From: Phycisphaerae bacterium
GTDB lineage: Bacteria; Planctomycetota; Phycisphaerae; SM23-33; FEN-1343
Reading direction: 5' to 3'
Length of the DNA stretch: 60,779 bases
Assembly (NCBI GenBank): GCA_041687295.1
Contig: JAWLCG010000001.1
Location: 1 to 60,779, forward strand
Shown: piece after piece, positions 25,605-32,595 of the stretch
How positions within the stretch are numbered: position 1 is the first letter of the stretch
Layout: every line of letters starts with the position of its first letter
Program-made: the position numbers and the translations under genes
The notes under the pieces: generated by a model
The model's database searches: none
What the model saw: the letters and a program-made list of their open reading frames with translations, nothing else
Told to the model about the DNA's origin: nothing

Positions 25605-27146
25605 ATGATCGACTGGCGGACCGAGTGGAAGAGGCTGCTGGCCATGGCAGTGCTTTTCGTGGCGGCGTTCTGGCTGCCGGTGGGCTGGGACCGCTTCACC
25701 GGCGGACTGATGGAGGCGCTGCACCTGGTCCGCTGGTACGCCCGCGAGCACGTGCTGCTGTGTTTGGTGCCGGCGTTCTTCATCGCCGGCGCCATCGCCG
25801 TGTTCGTCAGCCAGGGCTCGGTGATGAAGTACCTCGGGCCGCGGGCGCACAAGGCGATGGCCTACGGCGTGGCCGCCACGAGCGGCACGCTGCTGGCGGT
25901 GTGCTCGTGCACGGTGCTGCCGCTGTTCGCGGGCATCTGGCGGATGGGCGCGGGGCTGGGGCCGGCGACGGCGTTTCTCTACTCGGGCCCGGCCATCAAC
26001 ATCCTGGCGATCGTCCTGACGGCCCGCATCCTGGGCCTGGAGCTGGGCATCGCCCGGGCGATCGGGGCGATCGGCTTTTCCGTCGTCATCGGCCTGGCCA
26101 TGCACTTCATCTACCGCCGCGAGGAGACCGACAAGGCCAACGGCCAACTCGGCCTGCCCGAGCCGGAGGTCGCCCGGCCGCTGTGGCAGAACGCGGTGTT
26201 CTTCCTGACAATGGTCGGCGTGCTGGTCTTCGCCAACTGGGGGGCGCCGAACGAGTGGCACTTCACGACGGTCGACGGGGCGAGCTTCCGCGGCGAGATC
26301 GTGCAGGCGCCGTTCGACCCCCACGAGCCGGGGGCCGCCTACACCGTTCGGCTGGCCGAGCCCCCGCCCGGCCAGATGCGTGAGCTGCAGTTGGAGGTAG
26401 CCGAGGTGATCTCGCGGACACCCGTCGGCGGGACCTGGGCGTGGCTGTGGCAGCACAAGTGGGTCATCACAGCCGGCTTCGCGGCAGCCCTGGCGGCGGT
26501 GCTGATCCTTTGGTTCGGCGTGAAGTGGTGGAAGATCGCCCTGGCCGCGGCGGCGCCGGTGGGGCTGGCCCTGGCCCTGCCGACCGAGGGCCTGTGGGTC
26601 CTGCTGCCCTTCGCGGCGGCCGTGGTGGGGCTCTCGGCGATCCTCAGCACCAGCAAAGGCGAGGGCGGCGAGTGGTTCGAGCAGACCTGGGGCTTCACCA
26701 AGCAGATCCTGCCGCTGCTGGGCATCGGCGTGCTGGTGGCGGGCTTCCTGCTGGGCCGGCCCGGGCATCCCGGGCTGATCCCCGAGCGGTACGTCTCGAT
26801 GCTCGTCGGGGACAGCCCCGACACCTTCCTGGCCATCACCGGCTGGACCGGGGCCGAGGGGCTCATCCGCAGCCTTTGGCCGCTGTGGACGAACCTCTTC
26901 GCCAGCGTCTTCGGCGCGTTCATGTACTTTGCTACACTGACCGAGGTGCCGATCCTGCAGGGCCTGCTCGGTGCGGGCATGGGCAAGGGCCCGGCCCTGG
27001 CGCTGCTGCTGGCAGGACCGGCCCTGTCGCTGCCGAACATGCTGGTCATCGCCAGCGTGATGGGCACGCGCAAGACCGTCGTGTTCGTGTCGCTGGTGGT
27101 TGTGATGAGCACGACCGCCGGCATCGTATACGGAACCTTCTTCTAA
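25605..27146 (+). CDS. COG0701/ArsP-type permease (DUF318 family)
   Basis: Multi-pass membrane protein with the family's vicinal Cys motif (LLAVCSCTVLPLF) and C-terminal repeat (YFATLTEVPILQGLL). Contains a ~170-aa central insertion with extra helices. Confidence 0.85.
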   Translation: MIDWRTEWKRLLAMAVLFVAAFWLPVGWDRFTGGLMEALHLVRWYAREHVLLCLVPAFFIAGAIAVFVSQGSVMKYLGPRAHKAMAYGVAATSGTLLAVCSCTVLPLFAGIWRMGAGLGPATAFLYSGPAINILAIVLTARILGLELGIARAIGAIGFSVVIGLAMHFIYRREETDKANGQLGLPEPEVARPLWQNAVFFLTMVGVLVFANWGAPNEWHFTTVDGASFRGEIVQAPFDPHEPGAAYTVRLAEPPPGQMRELQLEVAEVISRTPVGGTWAWLWQHKWVITAGFAAALAAVLILWFGVKWWKIALAAAAPVGLALALPTEGLWVLLPFAAAVVGLSAILSTSKGEGGEWFEQTWGFTKQILPLLGIGVLVAGFLLGRPGHPGLIPERYVSMLVGDSPDTFLAITGWTGAEGLIRSLWPLWTNLFASVFGAFMYFATLTEVPILQGLLGAGMGKGPALALLLAGPALSLPNMLVIASVMGTRKTVVFVSLVVVMSTTAGIVYGTFF

Positions 27147-27157
27147 AGGAGCTGTCC

Positions 27158-27574
27158 ATGGCTGGCTGCTGCGAGGGCAACAAGACGCACTCGGCCTCTG
27201 GCTGCTGCGGGGCCGGCGGGAGCCGCACGGTCCTGATCTACGCCTGCTCGGGCGGGGCGAACGTCGGCGAGGTCACCGACCAGGCCGCCCGCGAGCTCAT
27301 GTACGCCGGGGCTGGTACCATGTTCTGCCTGGCCGGCCTGGGCGGGGATATCGAGGGCATGCTCGCCACCGCCCGCTCGGCCGACGTAAACCTCGTGCTC
27401 GACGGCTGTCCGCTCGAGTGCGCCAAGAAGGTCTTCGATCGCCACGGCCTGCCCCACCAGTACCTCCGCGTGACCGACCTGGGCATCGCCAAGACCAAGG
27501 GCGTCCGCGCGACGCCCGAGCAGATCAAGACCGTCACCGACAAGGCCTGCGCCATGCTGCAGTGCAAGGCCTGA
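27158..27574 (+). CDS. DGC-domain (putative zinc/metal-binding) protein with Cys-rich N-terminus
   Basis: AAAGGAG RBS. MAGCCEGNKTHSASGCCGAGG... followed by ...IYACSGGANVG... and VLDGCPLECAKK (the DGC motif). Confidence 0.8.
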   Translation: MAGCCEGNKTHSASGCCGAGGSRTVLIYACSGGANVGEVTDQAARELMYAGAGTMFCLAGLGGDIEGMLATARSADVNLVLDGCPLECAKKVFDRHGLPHQYLRVTDLGIAKTKGVRATPEQIKTVTDKACAMLQCKA

Positions 27575-27601
27575 CCGATCGACGTACTTAAGGAGACGAC
27601 G

Positions 27602-27835
27602 ATGACGAAGATTCAGGTTCTGGGCACCGGCTGTGCCAAGTGCAAGAAGCTGGCCGACAATGCCGAGCAGGCCGCCCGGCAGGCCGGCATCGAGTACACG
27701 CTGGAGAAGGTCACCGACATCACCGAGATCATGAAGTTCGGCGTGGCCATGACGCCCGCCCTGGCCATCGACGGGCAGGTGAAGGTCGCCGGCAAGGTGC
27801 CCGACCCCGCCGCCATCCAGGCCCTGCTGAAGTGA
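27602..27835 (+). CDS. thioredoxin-fold 'redox-active disulfide protein 2' family protein
   Basis: MTKIQVLGTGCAKCKKLADNAEQAA...TPALAIDGQV. This is the 77-aa CxxC protein that typically accompanies COG0701 permeases. Confidence 0.85.
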   Translation: MTKIQVLGTGCAKCKKLADNAEQAARQAGIEYTLEKVTDITEIMKFGVAMTPALAIDGQVKVAGKVPDPAAIQALLK

Positions 27836-27963
27836 CCCTCGGGCAGACCTGCCCGTGCAGCGGAGGCGGCCCGGCCTTGCCCTGGGCCTTCCTTCTGCCC
27901 TTGGCCGTCCTCGTGTGGACCGTAAGCTGGACGCGGCGCGTCTGGCGGAAAGGACTCTCCCCC

Positions 27964-29214
27964 ATGCGGAAGCTCATGCATGTGACGCTGCTGGCGACGT
28001 TGGCCGGCCTGTGCCTCCTGGCGGGCCTGCCGACGGGCCAGGCCCAGACGCCCTCGACCCCCCCGGCTGACGCCCTGCCCCAACTGGTGGACTACGGCGC
28101 CCACTCGTGCATCCCCTGCCAGAAGATGGCCCCGGCCCTTGAGTCGCTGCGGCAGGACTTCGCCGGCCAACTCGTCGTCGAGTTCATCGACGTCAGCGAG
28201 CAGGCCAACGTCGCCCGCGCCCGCCAGGCCGGCATCGAGTCGATCCCCACGCAGATCTTCCTGGACGCCCAGGGCACCGAGCTGTGGCGGCACGTGGGCT
28301 ACCTCTCGCGCGAGGACATCCTGGCCAAGTGGCAGGAGCTGGGCTACACCTTCACGCCCCCCCAGGCCGGCGAGCCGATCGAGCGGTGGCAGCCCGCCCA
28401 GCCCGACACCCGCCCGGCCAACAGCGTCTGCTACATGTGCGAGGGCGACATCGACGCCCGCTCGGCCGTCACGCTGCGGACCGAGAAGGGCCCGGTGCGG
28501 CTCTGCTCGCCCCACTGCTACTTCATCCTGGACTCCTGCCTGACCGACGACCGCGAGAACCTCGCCGCCCGCACAGCCGTCACTGACTGGGCCACCGGCC
28601 AGGCCGTCCTGGCCCCCGAGGCCGTGTACCTCTACGACCTGGGCGCCGACACCGGTCGGCCGACGATCAAGGCCTTCGCCTCGGCCGAGCAGGCCCGGGC
28701 CGAGCGCCAGGCCGCCGGCGGCAGCCTCCTGAGCTGGGACCTCCTGCGGCAGCAGGAGCTGGCGACCCGCTGCGGCTTCTGTGACCGGGCGTGCTATCGT
28801 CAGGACGCCTCGCTCGTGCAGGCTGGCGGGGTGCACACCTGGGGCTGCTGCTCGCACTGCGCCCTGGGCGTGGCCGCTCGCACGGGGCTGGGCCTGGTCG
28901 TCCACGAACGCGACCGGCACAGCGGCGAGCCCATCACCGTGACCGTCGCCGACGGGCAGGTCGCCTCGGTCGAGCCGGCCTCGGCCATCGCCTGGTACGG
29001 CCAACGGCCCGACGGCAACGGCGGCTGGAAGTCGGCCGGCTGCTTCCACCAGGGGTTCTTCGTCAACCAGCGGAACCTGCAGGCCTGGCTCGACGCACAC
29101 CCGGCCGAGACAGGCAAGCAGATCTCCATCGCCCAGGCCCTGGCCGACAAGATGGCCCTGACGCCCCAGCAGGTCTCCGGGGCCTGCAAGATCGGCGAGT
29201 GCTCGCCCCGGTAG
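27964..29214 (+). CDS. secreted thioredoxin-domain protein fused to two NosL-like/Cys-rich modules (ArsE-like N-domain?)
   Basis: Signal peptide MRKLMHVTLLATLAGLCLLAGLPTGQAQ. Trx motif HSCIPCQKM. Then VCYMCEGDID...LCSPHCYF...AFASAEQA and RCGFCDRACY...GCCSHCALG...; C-terminal GACKIGEC. An alternative GTG at 27832 is possible. Confidence 0.75.
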   Translation: MRKLMHVTLLATLAGLCLLAGLPTGQAQTPSTPPADALPQLVDYGAHSCIPCQKMAPALESLRQDFAGQLVVEFIDVSEQANVARARQAGIESIPTQIFLDAQGTELWRHVGYLSREDILAKWQELGYTFTPPQAGEPIERWQPAQPDTRPANSVCYMCEGDIDARSAVTLRTEKGPVRLCSPHCYFILDSCLTDDRENLAARTAVTDWATGQAVLAPEAVYLYDLGADTGRPTIKAFASAEQARAERQAAGGSLLSWDLLRQQELATRCGFCDRACYRQDASLVQAGGVHTWGCCSHCALGVAARTGLGLVVHERDRHSGEPITVTVADGQVASVEPASAIAWYGQRPDGNGGWKSAGCFHQGFFVNQRNLQAWLDAHPAETGKQISIAQALADKMALTPQQVSGACKIGECSPR

Positions 29215-29230
29215 AAACACGGAGGCCCCC

Positions 29231-29674
29231 ATGCAACGACTGGCTCCCCTGACGGTCCTGTTGGCCCTGGCCCTGGCGGGCTGTGCCGGCAGCGCGAACC
29301 GCCCCCTCGCGACGGCCGAGACGTCATCCCAGACCCGAACCGCCACCCTCTATTACCTGCACCGGACTATGCGATGCGCCTCGTGCACCATGATGGAGCG
29401 CAAGGCCCAGGCCGCGCTGCAGGCAGCCTGCCCTGACGAGTTGGCGGCCGGGCGCGTGCGGTGGCAGTCCGTCGACATCCAGCAGCAGCCCCAATGGGCC
29501 CAACGCTACGGCGTGATCAACCCCGCGCTGGTCCTCGTGACCCACGTGGACGCCCAGGAGGTCGCCCACCGCAAGCTGGACGAGGCCTGGACCGCCTGGA
29601 CGGACGACCAGGAGTTCCGGGCCCTGCTGGCCCAGGCCGTCCAGCAGGCCCTGGCGAAGGAGGCCACACCATGA
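29231..29674 (+). CDS. ArsF-family thioredoxin-like lipoprotein
   Basis: Lipobox LALAGC. ...LYYLHRTMRCASCTMMERKA...W.SVDIQQ...AQRYGV...LVLV matches the pattern I recall for 'nitrophenyl compound nitroreductase subunit ArsF family' proteins. Confidence 0.75.
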   Translation: MQRLAPLTVLLALALAGCAGSANRPLATAETSSQTRTATLYYLHRTMRCASCTMMERKAQAALQAACPDELAAGRVRWQSVDIQQQPQWAQRYGVINPALVLVTHVDAQEVAHRKLDEAWTAWTDDQEFRALLAQAVQQALAKEATP

Positions 29675-30156
29675 GTCCCAGGATCCGCAAGCTGATTGCC
29701 GGCGGGCTGCTGAGCTTCGTGCTGGTGAGCGTCGGGTTCGCCATCGGGCAGGAGGTTACGCGGACCCGCCTGGCGGGCCAGGCCAGCCCCGCCGCCCCCC
29801 TGCCGGCCGAGGGCGACGGCGACCAGGTCGTCGTCTACTACATGCATGCGAGCTTCCGCTGCGTGACGTGCAACACCGTCGAGTCGCTGGCCGAGCAATT
29901 CATCCGCGACCAGTACGCCCAGCCGCTGGCGGCCGGCCGGGTCGTGTGGCGGCCCGTGAACTACCAGCAGGACGAGGCCCTCGCCCGGCGGTACGACGTG
30001 GGCGGCAACATGATCGTCGTCGTCCGCTTCCGCGACGGCCAGGAGGTCACCCGCCAGCGGCTCGACCGCGTCCTGGCACTGGCGAACGACCCCCAGGCCC
30101 TGCGGGCGTACCTCCGCGAGGGCATCGAGGCCTGCATGGCGGAGGAGTCGGCATGA
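29671..30156 (+). CDS. ArsF-family paralog, membrane-anchored
   Basis: ATGA overlap with the previous gene. TM anchor [36 protein letters not shown]...WRPVNYQQ...ARRYDV...IVVV. Confidence 0.75.
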   Translation: MSPRIRKLIAGGLLSFVLVSVGFAIGQEVTRTRLAGQASPAAPLPAEGDGDQVVVYYMHASFRCVTCNTVESLAEQFIRDQYAQPLAAGRVVWRPVNYQQDEALARRYDVGGNMIVVVRFRDGQEVTRQRLDRVLALANDPQALRAYLREGIEACMAEESA

Positions 30157-30857
30157 CGGCGTGGGTGGTCCTGGGCACGGCCTTCTGGCTGGGGCTGGTG
30201 ACGAGCATCAGCCCCTGCCCGCTGGCGACGAACGTGGCGGCCATCTCGTTCCTGGGCCGCGGCGTGGGCAACACCCGTCGGGTGATGCTGTCTGGCCTGC
30301 TGTACACCGCGGGGCGAACGGCGGCCTATGTCGGGCTCGGCGTGGTGATTCTCTACCTGCTGGGCGGGGGCGAGTCGGCCACCGGCTCGCTGGCCCGGTT
30401 CCTCCAGCGGTACATGAACCTGGCCCTGGGCCCGGTGCTGATCCTGGTGGGCATGTTCCTGCTGGGGCTGCTGGGCTTCACCGGCTCACTGAACCTGGCC
30501 GGCCAGGGGCTGCAGGACCGCGCCGCCAAGGGCGGGCCCCTCTGGGCCCTGCCGCTGGGGACGCTGTTCGCCCTGTCCTTCTGCCCGGTCTCGGCGAGCC
30601 TCTACTTCGGCGGGCTGATCGGCCTGAGTACCCAACATCACTCCCCGGTGCTGCTGCCGACGCTGTTCGGGATCGGCACGGCCGTGCCGGTCATCGGTTT
30701 CGCCTTCCTGATGGCCTTCGCCAGCGGCTACGTGGGCAAGGCCTTCGGCCGGCTGACGCAGATCGAGCGGTGGGTCCGCCTGGGTACCGGCGTGGTCTTC
30801 ATCGCCGCCGGACTCTACTACACGCTGACGCACATCTACGGCCTGTCGCTGAGTTGA
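30153..30857 (+). CDS. CcdA/DsbD-like membrane protein (ArsG-family transporter)
   Basis: ATGA overlap. Six hydrophobic segments. Conserved ...[16 protein letters not shown]... and ...ALSFCPVS... Cys-Pro motifs. Confidence 0.85.
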   Translation: MTAWVVLGTAFWLGLVTSISPCPLATNVAAISFLGRGVGNTRRVMLSGLLYTAGRTAAYVGLGVVILYLLGGGESATGSLARFLQRYMNLALGPVLILVGMFLLGLLGFTGSLNLAGQGLQDRAAKGGPLWALPLGTLFALSFCPVSASLYFGGLIGLSTQHHSPVLLPTLFGIGTAVPVIGFAFLMAFASGYVGKAFGRLTQIERWVRLGTGVVFIAAGLYYTLTHIYGLSLS

Positions 30858-30915
30858 TCCGCTCCACTCGGGTTGCCCATCGACCGGACCGGCGGCGAAT
30901 CCTTAACTTCGTTAC

Positions 30916-31171
30916 GTGGCGAAGTCTCGGCGGTCACCTGAAAGGGTTTCTGCGCACCGCCGAGGTCGCCATCGCCACGGCCACCATCCTGTTCGGCCTG
31001 GGCTCGGGGGCCGCCTTGGTGACCGTCGTCGGCGTGCTGATCGAGGTGCCCGTCATGCTGATGCTGGTGCGCGTCTGCCTGCGAACCCGCGGCTGGTTCC
31101 CCGGCGGCCAGGACGTGCCCGCCACCGAGGCCCGGATCGAACAGGCCCCGCCCGACTCCACCGTCCCCTGA
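30916..31171 (+). pseudogene. ACR3 arsenite efflux transporter, C-terminal ~75-aa relic
   Basis: ...[47 protein letters not shown] matches the last two helices of ACR3. No start codon, and the first ~270 aa of the family are absent. Confidence 0.6.
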
Positions 31172-31191
31172 CCTGCCTGGGCCCGAAGGCA

Positions 31192-31277
31192 AAGGTGGGG
31201 CTCCGCTCCACTACGCCCCAGCATACGCCCACAGTTTGTGCCGTAGGCTGGGGCGCAGCGGAGCGGAGCCCCACCTT
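31192..31277. repeat. long imperfect palindrome (31-nt arms, 24-nt loop) in a convergent gap; likely terminator/REP-like element
   Basis: AAGGTGGGGCTCCGCTCCACTACGCCCCAGC (31192-31222) against GCTGGGGCGCAGCGGAGCGGAGCCCCACCTT (31247-31277). 29 of 31 positions are complementary. Both mismatches become G-U pairs in the minus-strand transcript. Confidence 0.7.
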
Positions 31278-31322
31278 CTCGGGCCGACCCCGCCGGGTCC
31301 GCCCACCCAATCGGAAACCGGG

Positions 31323-32393
31323 CTACCCGACGCGGACTTCCTTGCCCGACTCGGCCGACTTGTACATGGCCTCGAGGATCTTGATCATGTTCACGCCCTG
31401 CTCGGGGGTGAAGATGGGCTTGGCCCGCTTCTGGAGCACGTCGACGAAGTGCTGCAGGTTCATGCCGTGGTGGCTGGGCTCCTTGCGGGGGCCCTTGGGG
31501 TTCAGGTCGACCAGGCCGCCGGCCTGCTCGGTGAAGATCGCCAGGTCACCCATGCCGATGCGGGCGCCGGCCTTGGTGCCGCGCAGCTCGCTGAAGTTCA
31601 TCTCTCGTTCGATATTGGAGGCCCAGGAGAACTCGATCTGCAGCGAGGCGCCGTTTTCGAAGCGGATGAAGCCGGTGGCGAGGTCCTCGACGTCAAAGGT
31701 GCCCTCGGCCTGGGCCTCGCCGAAGCTGGAGTGGATCGAGTCGCTGATGGCCGGCGCGTCGGCGAACTTGCGGTACGTGCAGCCTGTGACGGCGACGGGC
31801 GTCGGGCTGCCCATCAGCCACATGGTCATGTCGATGATGTGCACGCCCAGGTCGATCAACGGCCCGCCGCCCGAGAGGGCCTTGGTGGTGAACCACCCGC
31901 CGCGCCCGGGGATGCCGCGCCGGCGGATCCAGCCGCACCGGCCGGTGTAGATCTCGCCCATGTGCCCCTCGGTGATGTAGCGATGCAGGTAGCGGGCGTC
32001 CCAACGGAAGCGGTTGTTCCGCATGACCATGAGCGTCTTGCCGCTCTTCTCGGCGGCCGACTGCATCTTCTTGGCCTCGGCGACACTGACGGCGTCGGGC
32101 TTCTCGCAGAAGACGTGCAGGCCCTTCTTGAGCGCGTCGACAGCCATCGTCGAGTGCCACACGTTAGGCGTGCAGATGTCGACGAAGTCCAGGTCCAGCT
32201 TGAGCAGGTCGCGGTAGTCCTCGAACACGTGGGCGATGTTGCCGTGCTCGTCGGCGTAGGCCTGGGCCTTCTTCCTGTCGATGTCGCACAGGGCGACGAC
32301 CTCGACGTCGGGGTTGGCCGTCAGGGCCGACGCGTGGGCAAACCGCCAGATCCCGCCGATACCGATCGCGCCGCAGCGAAGCTTCTTGGCCAC
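31323..32393 (-). CDS. Gfo/Idh/MocA family oxidoreductase
   Basis: GTG 32393 lies 6 nt after AGGAGA. LRCGAIGIGGIWRF... Rossmann N-terminus, ...HVFCEKP... motif. The upstream part of ORF 31323..32636 is junk. Confidence 0.85.
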   Translation of the reverse strand: MAKKLRCGAIGIGGIWRFAHASALTANPDVEVVALCDIDRKKAQAYADEHGNIAHVFEDYRDLLKLDLDFVDICTPNVWHSTMAVDALKKGLHVFCEKPDAVSVAEAKKMQSAAEKSGKTLMVMRNNRFRWDARYLHRYITEGHMGEIYTGRCGWIRRRGIPGRGGWFTTKALSGGGPLIDLGVHIIDMTMWLMGSPTPVAVTGCTYRKFADAPAISDSIHSSFGEAQAEGTFDVEDLATGFIRFENGASLQIEFSWASNIEREMNFSELRGTKAGARIGMGDLAIFTEQAGGLVDLNPKGPRKEPSHHGMNLQHFVDVLQKRAKPIFTPEQGVNMIKILEAMYKSAESGKEVRVG

Positions 32394-32516
32394 TTCATGT
32401 CTCCTGATTGCGTGAAAGCGTGGATAGCCGGCAAGACGGCACCCGCGCCAGGCGGCGGGGTACACCGGTGCTTCCCGGATGCGCATGCCCGGCTGGCCGG
32501 CCGGGCGTCGGCCCGC

Positions 32517-32547
32517 ATTATGCGGCATCCCCCCCCGCTTGCGCCAA
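32517..32547 (-). promoter_or_regulatory. sigma-70-like promoter candidate (TTGGCG-N19-CATAAT) for the oxidoreductase gene
   Basis: Minus strand reads CTTGGCG...GCATAATGCGGGC. The 13-mer GCATAATGCGGGC recurs at 60001-60013. Confidence 0.35.
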
Positions 32548-32595
32548 GGACAATCGGCGCAACTTTCATGTCCCACCGGGCCGTGTGGCGTGGCT

